NCBI GenBank assembly: GCA_030390025.1
Contig: CM059432.1
Coordinates: 55,120,001 to 55,184,000, forward strand
Direction: 5' to 3'
Length of the DNA stretch: 64,000 nucleotides
From: Squalus acanthias
Lineage: Eukaryota
Part shown: positions 12,944-26,280 of the stretch, piece by piece
Layout: each line of letters starts with the position of its first letter
Numbering within the stretch: position 1 is the first letter of the stretch
Translations under genes and position numbers: made by a program
The notes under the pieces: generated by a model
Told to the model about the DNA's origin: nothing
Seen by the model: only the letters and a program-made list of their open reading frames with translations
Databases searched by the model: none

Positions 12944-13372
12944 AAGAAAGAAAGACTTACATTTATATAGCGCCTTTCACGAGCACCAGACGTCTCAAAG
13001 CACTTTACAGCCAATGAAGTACTTTTTGAAGTGCAGTCACTGTTGTAATGTGGGAAACGCGGCAGATAATGACCAGATAAACTATTTTTGTTATGTTGAT
13101 CGAGGGATAAATATTGGCCAAGACACCGGGGATAACTCCACTACTCTTCTTCGAAATAGTGCCATGGGATCTTTTACGTCCACCTGAGAGAGCAGACGGG
13201 GTCTCAGTTTAACGTTTCATCCAAAAGATGGCACCTTTGACAGTGCAGCACACCCTCAGCACTGCACTGGAGTGTTAGCCTAGATTTATGTGCTCAAGTC
13301 CTGGAGTGGGACTTGAACCCACAACCTTCTGACTCAGAGGTGAGAATGCTACCAACTGAGCCACAGCTGACA
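12944..13372 (-). mobile_element. SacSINE1-like tRNA-derived Deu-domain SINE, near full length
   Basis: Minus-strand head GTGGCTCAGTTGGTAGC..GGGTTCAAGTCCCACT (A and B boxes), Deu-like core CCCATGGCACTATTTCGAAGAAGAG..CCCCGGTGTC..GCCAATATTTATCCCTC, tail GCGCTATATAAATG..(TTTC)n. Confidence 0.85.
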
Positions 13373-13389
13373 CAATGAATGAAGAAGGT

Positions 13390-13760
13390 GGAGAGGTATA
13401 ACTGGGTGTAATTAGCATTCATGTGGAAGCTACCCTATGCTTCACAGGGTAGTATGTAAATCCTGAAGAGCAGAATGCAAATGATGATGATGAGGAGATT
13501 AAGGATAGACCCTCTAGGATACACCAGAGATGACCGTGTGGGCAGATGAAGAGAAGCCATTAGAGACCATGTAATGATTGCATTACAGTAGGTACAAGCA
13601 GAACTAGGAGAGAGTGGTGTTGCAGAGGTGGCCTGCATACAAGAGACATTGGAGGAGGATGTAGTAGGGAACGCTGTTGAATGCTGTGAAGAGGTTGAGG
13701 AGGACAAGATAAGGCAGAGAGCCACGTTCACACGGGATGTAATTTGTGACTTTGACTCGT
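13390..13760 (-). mobile_element. Ancient L2-type LINE RT relic
   Basis: SLPYLVLLNLFTAFNSVPYYILL matches the L2 LLDLSAAFDTVDH motif; a degenerate GVPQGSIL lies near 13505-13525. Confidence 0.6.
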
Positions 13761-14289
13761 ACAGTTTTAGTATTGTGTAATCTGATTCCTCCTGGTAAGC
13801 AGACACATGTAAAGCACACCAAATGTTTCCGTAATAATGAATAAAAGGGATGTTTTCACAATCCAGTGCTCCCAATAAGGAGCTACTTGTATACTTCAGG
13901 AAGTCACGGACACATAGCCCATGATTTTCCATCTATTGGCTATTCAGAATCAGCCTCAAGGTGATTAAGTTATAGATTCCCCATTAGAAAATTTAGAACA
14001 AAATGTTCTATATGCCAAATTATATGTTATAACTGTCAATCCCCATTGTATCCATCTTTAATGGGACATTTTTATTTTGAACAAATCAATTCAAAGAATC
14101 TTAGTCCAACTACCTGGTCGTACTTTTATGAATACAATAAAATACAGCTAAAAAAGAAGATTCCGTTAACCCATGAAAATACAGTTATGGAAAACCTCTA
14201 ATAGCATCATAATGTTGTGGTTAATTTCTGACCCATCTACACTCCCTGCAAGTAACCCACTAGAGATCAGACCATAGAGCCAATCCCTG

Positions 14290-15731
14290 GTCTTATGTGC
14301 CCGGGGAGCAGGGGTTAACTGGTGCAGAGGGCGATGGGAAATTGCGGGAGGAGGTTTGCACCAACTTCTTTCTGAGATGTAGTTCCCCGCCCTTCGAGCA
14401 TGAGTGAGCTGAAGTGCTTGTTGTGGCCATTTTGAGCCTCATTACAGCCCCAGACATTTTTAATATTGCTAAATTTTTCATTAAAATATTCTTTTTTTGA
14501 AAAAGATTTTGTTGGCCATTTTTTCTCACTCCTCAAGGTAATTTTGTTTGTAAAGCACCTGAGTTTCTTGGTAGGTGTGTGCACGATGCTTGCCAGGAAG
14601 ATCAGCAGATCCCAGACCATTCTATAGACTTTGGCACACCTACTTGCCAATGACCCAGGAAAGCTGCCTCAGCTTGCTAAAGATCAACAGGACAGAGATT
14701 TGTCATCTGCAGCAAGGACACCTGCTGCAACCTTACAACATTGGGACAGCACTACTAGTGGTTAGCAATATTACCATTGGCCTTAATTGTTAAGCCTATG
14801 ACTCATTCCCAGCTAGCACTGCAATATGAGATACTGTGCTGCACACTTATGCATGAAAAAGGTGGCTGGTGCATTGGTCAACGTGTCCAGCACTTTTATG
14901 TCCTTACCCACTGTGACACGCATGCCCATATCAACACATTGGTGCATTTCCCAAAGTGCAGAGAATCACTGATTGCTGCCATGTATCCAACCTCAAGCCC
15001 TTGGAAATTTGAAAATATAGCAAAGCTTTTACTCTTGAGGTATGGAAATGCATAAGATGCAACAGAGGAGCTGCAAGGTGGTATGATGGCTTTGCATGGA
15101 GAGCAGTAAATATAGAACAGGTTGACAGTATATGCTTTGTGTTAGATGCCATCTACCTGGTTAGTCTTACCTGGCCAGATTCCATTGTGCCATTTTCTCC
15201 TACATCTGTTTCCAGGTATTGTAGATGGCGTTCGATCTGGCCACCACGACCGGCCAGACATGGTAACACTACTCTCCTACTGGGAGGGTGCCCTGGTGTG
15301 CCAATTAGAGCAAACCTCCTGGCACCCATCTAATGTACCAGCATGTTCACTTTGATGTCATCTAAGAGGGGATCAGGGGATGCGCCACTTACCCATAGAT
15401 TCCATTTTGTGCCTCAACATTAGATTTGCCTTTGCCTTCCATTTTGCCTGTCACTTCTTTCTCCAACTCTTAAACAGCCTTTAGAAAAGGTGATAACAAT
15501 GTTCAGCTTTTCTAAAGGCTGGAGGAATTTTTGCTTCCCCCCATCCGACTACTTACCATTAGGTAACCACATCCTTTCAATTCTGAGCAGTAGCCCTTTA
15601 ACCAGCATGCTGCCTCATTGTGCTTCCCTGTAAACATTCCTTGCACAAGGCTCAAACTGCACAGGAAGCCTATTGAAATGATTTAAATTAGCTTAAATCG
15701 CCGAATCTACCGAGTGCTGAAATTGCAGCCT
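14290..15731. mobile_element. Old, highly diverged Harbinger relic (transposase N-terminus + near 14590-14790)
   Basis: RPFYRLWHTYLPMTQESCLSLL..EICHLQQGHLLQP..TALLVVSNITIGLN aligns by eye with the other transposase N-termini. Boundaries are approximate; possible right end GAAATTGCAGCC. Confidence 0.55.
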
Positions 15732-16710
15732 TATTTTCTCCTCGATCAGTGAAATCAGTCCTTGTAGCAAGCACAAAGATCCATTCCTCAGCCAGCTGGC
15801 TGGCCCTTCTCTCATAGCATTAAAATGAATTTTCATGTGTAACACACAAAATTTACCCTTCAGTGTAAAACCTCTGCTGGATGTGATCTCACCATTTTTG
15901 TTTTGTTGTGTCACGAATCAGATCATTAACCTGACTGCTATTTTATACTGCCATTTTACCATTGATTCATACCCAAAATCACTTCACATCAACACTGAGA
16001 TGCTAGTATAACTGCAGCGTTACATACTAACATAAATTTGTGTACAGTAAAATTACATCATTGACAAGTCACTTTACCTTCCTTAAGCAAATATAATTTC
16101 CCTTGCTAACACACACTGCAGGTGGAATGAAATGGAAGATAACTAAATCAAATAAGACATAATCCATTAGCTGTTCATCTGAAATTACAACAGCTTGGTG
16201 CTTAGTATCAAAAGAACAAACAACCAAGAACACAGATCTACTCAGTAATGAATGGATTGTATCTGTCATCAATATTGACAGCCATTGAGAGTTTATGCTA
16301 GTGAGTTTCCTCACTTGGCATTTTAATTAATAATTCACTGAAAGTAAAGACAATACCGTAACACAAAGAAACCCAGGAAACCATGATTTAGTGCATCAAT
16401 ACTTGTAGGTAATTGCAGGGATATTTTTCTTCCACGGGTGAGTCATTCCTAGTCAACCTCTCCCCTCACTGGCACTTCAATTTCAATCAGCAGTGTGTTT
16501 TAAAGTGCCAGTGTTTTGCGCCTATTTTCTATGCATTGAAGGTTTCAAGCTAGTTATTGTAACAACTGGACTTACAGATGGCACTAACTCAACTCTGCTG
16601 CACTCCTGGTACGGTTTAAAATTAGAATTTGAATAATAGGACCAGTAAAAAAAGCAGAGCTGCGCACGTGTTAAGTCTGTAAGGCCAACTATTTATTGTA
16701 ACAACTGGAC

Positions 16711-17243
16711 CTAAGGTTGGCAAGCTCTCGGCTCCACACCGACTGCAAGGAAACCTGACATCATCGGAGCCAGATCTGCCATTTTAACCTCAGGCCTGAG
16801 CGGGGGAGCAAGTGGTGGCTTCCCCGCCAGACCAAGCCTGCTAGGAACAGCAGCCAGGGCCAGAAGAAGCCCAGTAGGGTATGTTTTTAAATTATTAGTT
16901 TCCTTGTGGGCCAAGAGGAGCAGGAGTGCTCCTCCCAGCCCCACAAGGAAACCTTGGGCCTCCCCTGCCCCAAACTTCTTCCCCCCCCTCACTGACCAGG
17001 ATTTCCCCTCTCATAGCATTTACATTATGCCGACTACCATATGGGTCCCTGGCAACAACCACCTGCTGCCCAATTTTAGTGTCTGGATAGCCCGTTCCTG
17101 CCGACTTCCTGGATGTTTTGATTGGGAAGTTGACAAGCGATATGAGGCCCAGACGTTAAAATCAGCCAAGCCTGCCTGCTGCCATTCCCAGACGGGCACG
17201 CCGCATGCTTTCCACATTCAACCCGGGAGTTAAAATCGAGCCC
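16711..17243. mobile_element. Harbinger-type MITE, family M2 (GGAGCAGGAGTGCTCC core)
   Basis: Core CTTGTGGGCCAAGAGGAGCAGGAGTGCTCCTCC shared with about 25030, 27860, 33060 and 48200; right end GTTAAAATCGAGCCC. Confidence 0.6.
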
Positions 17244-18845
17244 TCAAATAGGCAAGTATCTGACAAACCTACTCTACACCATCAAATTTTACGGTTTTAT
17301 TACTTATGCCTAGTTTAAGCTTAGGATACCAGCACTGTTCAAAATGGTCAATAGCTTGGTTCCACTCCTAGGTCAATGCCAATGTCAGAAGCATTAGAAA
17401 TTAATCCTGTTGAACATCATCTAAGATTGTTCTTGACTGTAGTCTTCCATAGTACTTTTATTACAACACAGAAAAGTATTAAAATCACTGATGCATAGTC
17501 AAAGCTGTGGCTTTTAGATTTTTGGACATGCGTTTTGTAAATTTTTGGATTGGATTGTGCTTGCATTGCTAGTTTCTCAATGACTGCTCACATATCTTAA
17601 TCAGGCTTTACTCATATACTGTGCAGTTATCCCTGTAATTCTATATTCCTACTATAACTCCTTAATCTGTTTTTGTGTAGCTATGCAAGTGGAAATACAC
17701 TAAGAAGAGTAGGAAATAATGAAATAACCATTCAATTTTGCTAAATAGTAAGGAAATACAATCCACTGAGTATACGCCAAACATTGTGGCATCATTTGAG
17801 TGGCACACAGAAGTCCTGCTGACATTTCAACTTCCAGAAACTCGAGGCAAGCATTTTGGAATCAGTCAGTAAATAACTTGATTCTGAAGTTTTGCCGTGT
17901 TCCCTGTCATGTGTATGTACAAATTTTTCCTGTCAAATACAGGAAGTGCTGCAGATATGAAAGTTAATGGACGAGGAATTATAGGAATTGATTAATGGAG
18001 GATATCTTTGTTTGGAAGGAACCCAGTTCTCAGTATGCACTCCCACATTTTGCTAGTGGCATTATTGCTCCGGCAGTGTACGTGCTAATATCTGCATGGT
18101 TTATAATACAACTACGCTTCATCCTTAACTATTTGCAGATGTCCCAGGCGCTCAGTAACAAACAACATTATTTTCATAAAGTACATTTAATGCCATTCTG
18201 CTGTTCACATGCACTCAAAGTGTGGATTCAGTTCCTGTGTACATAGTGAGAGAAGCCTTCAATTCCTAAGACACTGCTTAATTACCAACACTTGTTGAAC
18301 AAAAATTGTAATGGAGGTATTCCTGAATGAGGATTCAGGAATGTTATCCATGATCAGTTAGAACAATGAGGGATAAGCCTAGCTCTTCAGAAGCTGACAT
18401 TTTTGTATATATTATAGGCAGGACAAAAAAAATTTGAAGTCCAAATATGGTAGTACCTGTACTTTTCTAATAGTTTTCAAACTCTAAGGGCTAGAAATTC
18501 ATTATAGCCCAGGAATGAGCGGTAAAATTAGAAAAGTTGGAGAATTAGCGCCAGGCACTAATGCTTTTAGACTGCACGCAAAATTCGTGCTCACTGCTCA
18601 AAGAAATGATTGGAGTCCAAATTCATGTCTTAAAGCCCAAGCTCATTGGTATTACACTCAAAGGGTGGACCAATATCAGGTGCAGTCTAATCGCAAGTCA
18701 TGATTGCCACAGGCTTTTTTCGATACTTAAAGGGAGGTTCTTTGATGCCATAGAAGCTCATTCTCAGTATTGCTGACTGTGCAGCTGACTCAGCAAGCAG
18801 CAGCAGGTCAGAAGACTGCGCCGGAGGACTGAAGCAGCTGTACTC

Positions 18846-19960
18846 ATGGCAGATCCACGCCTCAGGGAGAGAGCCCACAGATTCAGCGATCAAGCATTGG
18901 AGGCGTGGTGTTCGCTGTGGAGAGACGGAGGGCGGTGCTCTACCCAGCAAGAGGCAGGAGGCCCTCACCGCAAGTCTTCCGCACCATGTGGAGGGAGGTA
19001 GCGCAGCACGTCTCAGGCAGCACTATGGTCCCCAGGACCCACACACAGTGCAGGAAGAAATTTAACGACCTCACTCGGGTGGTCAGGGTGAGTGAATGCT
19101 TCAACAAATACTACATACCACCATCTGAACCACAGTCTTCACACACTGCTGAAAGCACCACACCCCCAGCACTCACCCACCAACAATCACTACCTACCAA
19201 CACTCACACCCACATCTCACACCTTGCACACAATGACAACTATTCAACTATGGGAGGCACATCACCCAAACACATTGCTCCACACTCACTCACACACTTT
19301 CCTTTCTCTTGCAGACCAGGTGGCTCACAACAGAAGGGAGCAGGAGCGCACAGACGGGGGACAAGCCGACACCCAACCACAGTCTGTGCTGGAAAATAGA
19401 GTGCTGCAAATTATTGGGCGCCAGGTGGTGGGCGCCATGGCCACCGGCGACATTGACCCCCTTGGGGATAACAACGGCATGTTAATACCTACTCCTCTTC
19501 TCACATCCCACTTCCCCCTCACCCCACAAGTGTTTCGCACTTTCCAGCTAATCATGCTGTATACATGCATTTCTCCCTTCCTGCCCCCCTCCCCTCACCT
19601 TACCCCAACTCTTTTGCCTTTATGCTTTCAGATAATGAGCAAGCACCTGAGCAGCCTGTCCCTGAGGGCACTGTAGAGAGTGAGGCGGGAGAAGAGGAGG
19701 AGGAAGAACACACCACGTCACTGCATCTCTCACCCGCAGGCACTAGCTCAGATACTGGCACTATGCATTCTTTAGAGGCTAGTATAGTAGCGGGATCTGC
19801 ACAGGGTGAGGCACTGGGGACAAGTGGGCTGCAGCAAGACCAGGGGGAAAGGTTAGCTCAGGGGCCAGCTCCCCGGAGGGCGAGTTCATGCGCGAGTTCT
19901 GCTGCACTGGACTCAGATGAGGACCTTGATGGGGAGGCCTTTAGAAGAAGGGTGATGGGT
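18846..19960 (+). pseudogene. Three-exon Harbinger Myb/SANT gene remnant (exons about 18846-19087, 19315-19476, 19632-19960)
   Basis: MADPRLRERAHRFSDQALEA..VERRRAVLYP..MWREVAQHV..PRTHTQCRKKFNDLTRVVR|GTGAGT; exon 2 VAHNRREQERTDGG; exon 3 acidic DNEQ..EEEEEE. Frameshift in exon 1 and a GC at the exon 2 donor. Confidence 0.85.
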
Positions 19961-20399
19961 ACTCCCACAGTGCTGTGTACTCCCACAGTGCTGTTAGGGA
20001 GGGAGTTCCAGGATTTTGACCCAGCAACGATGAAGGAACGGCGATATACTTCCAAGTCAAGATGATGTGTGACTTGGAGGGAAACTTGCCCCATGCGCCT
20101 GCTGCCCTTGTCCTTCTAGGTGGTAGAGGTCGCGGGTTTGGGAGGTGCTGCCGAAGAAGCCTTGGCGAGTTGCTGCAGTGCACCCTGTAGATGGTGCACA
20201 CTGCAGCCACGGTATGCTGGTGGTGGAGGAAGTGAATGTTTAAGGTGGTCGATGTGGTGCCAATCAAGCGGGCTGCTTTGTCCTGGATGGTGTCGAGCTT
20301 CTTGAGTGTTGTTGGAGCTGCACTCATCCAGGCAAGTGGAGAGTATTCCATCATACTCCTGACTTGTGCCTTGTAGGTGAGACACTCGCCGCAGAATAC
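19960..20399 (-). mobile_element. LINE family B 3' fragment
   Basis: YKAQVRSMMEYSPLAWMSAAPTTLKKLDTIQDKAARLIG on the minus strand; an 18-bp tandem duplication GTACTCCCACAGTGCTGT at the left junction. Confidence 0.88.
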
Positions 20400-21029
20400 A
20401 TGTTCCAGTCTTTCTCGCTGCCTTCGCTCCCTCCACCATAGATCTGGAGGGCGAGGTCGCCTGTCAGTACAGCCCCCATTAATGTAACCAAGTGTAGCAG
20501 TTTGATTTTTTTTTAAAGAATAAAAGTAGCTACTTTTTAGTTGCCACAACACTACTGATAATATATAATCTTGAAATTACGGAATAAGACTGTTGCGCTA
20601 TGTGAAACTGACAAGAAAGCACTGAAACTCCACTAACATACAGCTGCAACTTATTACCAATGATCCCTTTGAATAACATCTTTGGAGCTGGTTTCCTGGT
20701 GCTTCACGCCAGCTCTCCCTGTTGCTGTTTACTTCAGGTGCTAGGGTAGGTGGCAACAATCAATTTTGCAGATCGGGTGGCCAGTGAGCGTTGCACACTC
20801 ACTGGCGTTACAATCCACCTGGTGTTGAGGTTCCCAACGATAACCATTCGCGGCAGCACTGCGGTTGGTGGGGGGCGGGATTTAGCGTGCAGCGTTGGAT
20901 TCGCCTCGCCACAGCGATAATGCTCTAGCGCCCCGTTAACGCTATCTGCTGCCGCTAACGGGAGGCGCTAAGGTACAAAATCTTCCCCCCCTTAATTTTT
21001 TTTGAAAAAACACAGTTTAAAAACATTAG

Positions 21030-23060
21030 GGGATGGAAATTCATGCGCACCAACAGAATTGCTGGTGTCACCGGCAACTCAAGTTAATGGCTGTTGAAAA
21101 TGGCTGCAGCGCTGCCGGTGAAAAATTGTCTCTGTAGGTTGGCAATGTAACTTACCATGCAACGCCCTCCTGGTGGCGTTAATGGAGGCCTCCGCTCCGA
21201 AGTTCCTGTACACAGTCGACGTTGCTGCTTCTTACAGCTGAGGCTGTAAGGCATTCTGGGCAATTAAAGGGGCTATGAATTAAAGAGGCAATGCATTCAA
21301 AACTAATAAAAATTAAATCAAGTGAAAAAATGCATTTTCAACCCATACTGCCTTTCAAAATAAGCATAAACATTAAAAATAATTCCCAAAATGCAGTCTT
21401 CAGCTCTTAAAGCTGAATTGTCTTCCACACCTAAAAAATGGTAAAAGTGCTTCAGCACTAACACAAATGGCTCAACAAGCCAGGGAAGGGGCACCCAAGG
21501 TCTCGCACGCAGCACTCCAGCTTTGTGCAGGGGGTCAACACTGCAAGAGAGGTCCTCTACCCACAGGGGCCAGGAGGCCCTCCAGAAAGAACGATGTGGG
21601 ACAAAATTACCAAGGCCGTCACTGCCAGCAGTGTCGCCCCCATGACCTGGCTCCAGTGCCCAAAGAAGCTTCATGACCTCAGACCACTGGTCAAGGTCAG
21701 TGAATGCATCTTCAAAAGCCGTCTCCTACCAACTGCACCACTAGCCTCACACACTGCTCAATGCACGACTCCGCCCCATCACTCACCTACCAATAATTTG
21801 TATCAAACACAAGGCACACCTCCCCCTTGGAAGAGATGGTGTTGGCTATTCTTGGCAAGGGCATGGCTGAGCCCTTGGCCAGTGGCGGAGCTGAAAGGAT
21901 ACAAGATGCTGGTATCCACATACGTTATCTTTCTTCTCGCATGCACGTCTTGCTTTCCCGCCCTCCCCTCGCCACAACTGCACCCTTGTGCCTTCCTCAT
22001 TTCACACACCCAAGAAATCCAGCCTGCTCAGCCAGTGGGTGACCAAGAAGAGGGAGAGGAGAGTGAAGAAGAAGAAGATTGATTTGTCACTCCCAGCCAC
22101 CAGCTCCTCAAGATCAACCAGTACAGCCATTTGTAGTGTCCCCCACTAGAAGTCAGCAGCCTTTCACCAGCCATGTTGCAGCCTCTGGAGAAGCACTGTG
22201 TGACATCAGTAGGATAGGCAAAGGCACACACAAGACAGTCACTAAGAGAATGCATAAGGGTGATGAGCTGATTTCTTGATGTCATATTGGATGGATAGAT
22301 GTATAAAGTTGGACTGAAGAGTTTGCTTTGTGGTGGCTTTTATTTCAGCATTGTGGCCAAGAGAATGCTGTGATGGTCAGTAACAAAGGGAATGTAAGGT
22401 GTGGGACTAATGTTGAAAGGGAAATTGGGGTTATGGTCACTGGGATCGCAAGCGGATGGTTCCATCCCGGCCACAGAGGGGCTGTCTGGGATACACCCTT
22501 CCGTCTGCTTCCCCCTCTTCGGCTTTCTCCTCTTCTGCTTCTTCCTCTTCCCTCTGTGAGCAGATGCTGTAAATCTGAAATGCCGGCATAAAATGCTGGA
22601 AATACTCAGGACCTCAGGCAGCATCTTGACCTGAGATGTGAACTCTCTTTCTCTCTCCACGGATGTTGCCTGACCTGATGAGTATTTGCAGCATTTTCTG
22701 TTTTCTCAGAGGCCTTCCTTTACCTTCTGAGGCCTTCCAAGCATCCAGCAGCACTCCCTACACACTTAAAAAAAGCTTTTAACAGCTATTGCAGCAAGCC
22801 ACTACTTCAATAAAATCAAAAAAACCCAGTCCAAAAGTTTAAATGCAAACTTACCTGAAAGATGTGCGTGTCCCTTTAAGAGGTGCTGACATCGTCACTG
22901 TCAACCTGCTTGCACGTCAGGCGTGCTTAGGACCCAGCGCTGAATTCAGCGCTAAGATCAAAGTTCAGATTGGCGATGTTAAGTCGGCATTGCACGCCGA
23001 TTGACGTCACCACGCCACCATTTTTTTCTCCAGGGCGCTGCCAGTTACCGGCAGCGCAAA
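21030..23060. mobile_element. Internally deleted Harbinger, family H2, copy 1 (Myb remnant + from 21467)
   Basis: Left end GGGATGGAAATTC; MAQQAREGAPKVSHAAL..MWDKITKAV..PMTWLQCPKKLHDL; colinear with 51884-54762. Right end approximate. Confidence 0.8.
22560..22705. repeat. Penelope-type palindromic fragment carried inside Harbinger H2 copy 1
   Basis: Inverted arms AAAATGCTGGAAATACTCAG..CAGGCAGCATC and GATGTTGCCTGACCTGATGAGTATTTGCAGCATTTT. Confidence 0.65.
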
Positions 23061-23466
23061 GGGAGGGAGAAAAACAGCAGCTACCGCGGGACCTGCCAGT
23101 TGGCGGCTGGCAATTGGTGGCAATTGTCAGGTGACTGATTTCCTCAGGTGGGAGGCAGGCGCTTTGAGGCCGCCGACCACCCAGTGGAATTGATGTAAGG
23201 CCTGGCCAATTTTCTTCGTCCTTGGGGCCTTGAGGTCCGACAACCAACCTGAGAGCCAATTTAAATGTTGATGTAAGTCTCCCACCTGTGTTAGGCTCAG
23301 ATGGCTGGCCACCCGTTTCAAGGCCAGCCCAAAAGTGAGTCGGACAGTTAATGAGTGCCAGATTTTTTTTTAATTTTCATCTGCTCACTGCCCGAAATTT
23401 CAGGGTGAACAGGGCGGTAGGCAGACAGAATTTGTCCCCATTTAATCCACACGGTTAGTAAGTAGA

Positions 23467-23705
23467 GAAAGAAAGAAAAAAATTGTATTTATGTAGTGCC
23501 ATTCATGGCCCCAAAGCACTTCAGAGCCAATGAAGTACTTTTGAAGTGTAGTCACTGTTGTAATGTAGGGAAATGCAGCAGCCAATTTCTGCACAGCAAA
23601 GTCCCACAAACAGATAAATGACTAGATAATCTGTTTTAGTAGTGTTGGTTGAGGGATAAATGTTGGCCAGGACATGAGGAGAACTCTACATTTCCCCTTT
23701 GAATT
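23467..23705 (-). mobile_element. SacSINE1-like SINE, 3' part
   Basis: Matches 12944-13150 (CAGCCAATGAAGTACTTTTGAAGTGTAGTCACTGTTGTAATG). Confidence 0.8.
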
Positions 23706-24461
23706 GTACCGTTGAAGCTCTTATGAGAATAGAATATCAATTCAGGGCCCATATTAAATAATAATAATTCAGATTGTTCCGGTATATTTTCTATCCAGTG
23801 ATTAATAGTGTACGTCCCGTATCAGTACCACAAATGGCTAATACTGAAAAAAATGGGTGATAAGAGAATTTCAGGAACATATTAATATCACAATGGAACT
23901 GCACTGTGAACATTAATGACAGTACAGATCCAATTGTGGTTTTTGTAATAGCTATATTTCTGTACATCTTGATTTGGTTTCACAAATTATTATCAAAGTA
24001 TTTTCATAGAACTTTGAACACATATAGCAGCCCTCTACAGAAAGCAGAAAAGAATTAAGTCTAACTAAATTACCAGAAGGCAGCACTTGTAAAATGCCTT
24101 CCTGCAAATTCCTCTATGTGGTCCTGCCATAGTGCACTTCCTGAATAACATAGTTAAATATGATAGCATATGCTTTGGCTAAGACATTAAAGACAGCTGC
24201 TACTTCTTATGGACATTCCTTTTACATTTCCATCACATTCACAGGGAGCACTACTACATGGATCCAGATTTAACAACCCACATTATGGAATTCTAAATGT
24301 CATTCTTTACTTTCAGGTCATGGGTCAATGTTCACAAACTTCTACTTCATACAAGTGCATCTTTATTTTCAGAGGAATCCTTCTAATGGGAAGGACATTA
24401 AGTCAAAATAAACTAGTAATGTTATGTTTCCTATTGTATTTTTCTCTGTCCTTGTGTCGTT

Positions 24462-24697
24462 GAAAGAAGAGCAGGGGAGTTATCCCCGGTGTCCTGGTCA
24501 ATATTTATCCCTCAATCAACATCACTAAAACAGATTATCTCGTCATTATCACATTGCCGTTTGTGGGACCTTGCTGTGCACAAATTGGCTGCTGTGTTTC
24601 CTACATTACAACAGTGACTACATTTCAAAAGTACTTCATTGGCTGTAAAGCGCTTTTGGACATCCCGAGGTCGTGAAAGGCGCTTTATTTCTTTCTT
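24462..24697 (+). mobile_element. SacSINE1-like SINE, 3' part
   Basis: GAAGAGCAGGGGAGTTATCCCCGGTGTCCTGG..CATTACAACAGTGACTACATTTCAAAAGTACTTCATTGGCTG. Confidence 0.8.
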
Positions 24698-24709
24698 TAA
24701 AACAACATA

Positions 24710-25300
24710 TGGGCAATTTTCACTTTACCTGTCCGGCAGAAACCAGGCAAGTCACCAGTTAAAATCAGGCAGGTGAGTTACCCGCCAATGTCCCACATGG
24801 ATCCCGCCATCTTCAATTTTAACCCTGCTCTTCTGAGCTGGTGGCAAAGACATCGACTGAAACCAGCGGAGTCCTTCTTTAAATATCCATATAGGGGTCC
24901 GATGACATCATTGGGTCCTGACTGCAATTTTAACTCTGAGTTTGAGCAAAAATGCCAGGTGAAAACAGTGTGAAGAGGATCCAGGAGCAGAAGAGGCCCA
25001 AACAGGTCAATTTCTTTTACTTTTCTTGTGGGCCCAGTAGGAGCAGGAAGCTCCCTCCCCTCCCCCAACTTTCCCTCCTGAAATATCCACCCCGCAACTT
25101 ACCGTCTTGCCAGTAAACCTCGCTTTGGTGCCGGCCAGCAGCTCCTGCCGCCTGAACCTCTGCTCCCACCCGCCGGCCAGTTGCCACTTCCTGCCCTTTT
25201 CAAGCACGTAGCTAACTGGCAGCATGCTGATGAGGCCCGGGAATTAAAATCACCTGGGCCTCGTACTGCCAAGGTCGGTGGGAGGGTTTTCTGTAAGGTA
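24710..25300. mobile_element. Harbinger-type MITE, family M2
   Basis: Starts GGGCAATTTTCAC; contains the M2 core near 25025-25055; right boundary uncertain. Confidence 0.5.
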
Positions 25301-26280
25301 CTGAACCAATGCTCAAGTGGGGAGCCACACTTGAAGAGAGTACAGGTCAGTGAATCGGTACTACAGTGTTATAACCCTCCCTTTGACCTCCTCTCCCTTC
25401 GAGCATAGCTCCCTGCTGGGAGCAAGGGATTGGTGAATGTACCCATGACTTTATTCTCAGCATCTTCTGCTTCTCTCTGTCCCAATTCAATCTCTTTCAC
25501 TCTCTGAATGTCTTTCTCTGCTTCCAGGAACTTCTAAACATGTTCAACTGTGTGTGTGTCTCTCTGCGTGCTCTTTTCTCCTCTTGTCCACTTCCAATTG
25601 AAGGCCCACTACCAGAAGGCTGCGGGTTCTAGGCTGACACTCGAGTGCAGTACTGAGCGAGTGCTGCACTGTAAGAGGTACCATCTTTCGGGTGAGACGT
25701 TAAACCGCTTAAGTTCCAGTTGGCCCTGGCTTTCTGGTCCTCTTTGCAGCTTCTATTCTTAGCTAGTGCTGTTTCTACTGCTCCCTGCTTGTCGGCTACT
25801 CCTTACCTGTTCACAGCTGTGTGTGTAGAATGGGAAGAAAGGGAAAGAGAAAATATAAAACATGCTGTTTTGGAAGACTACAATAAATCTGATAATTAAT
25901 TATAACAATTATAGCAGCTACTGGATAAATATTTTCACCTTATACCTAAATCAACTTTAAAGTGGAAGTCACCCTGTAGTTCTTGCTACCGGTTATTTAT
26001 CAGCCTTTCTGTTCAAGGAAGAGTTTGGAATGGAAAGTGACCACTTGTGTGGTGGAAGGCTAGACTTTTTAAAAAATGACTCAAGTCATGTGAACCATGG
26101 ACAGGGCAGTGGCATGTATGGCTTTGAAAATGAATACAACCATAGTCTGTTAATAAACACGTATCGAGATGAGAAAGTTGCGTGAGTCCTAACTGTTTCT
26201 TTACATCTATAGTGCTTGGGAAGCACATTTGTTTTGTCTCTGAAAATCCCAGCCTTATACGTCTATGTGTTAAATACCAA

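Larger units (their letters stand above)
18488..20991. mobile_element. Decayed PIF/Harbinger transposon (Myb +, transposase -), with its centre replaced by a LINE B fragment
   Basis: Left end TAA-GGGCTAGAAATTC; right end ..GCTAACGGGAGGCGC..AAAATCTTCCCCCCC-TTAA; Myb gene remnant inside. Confidence 0.8.
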
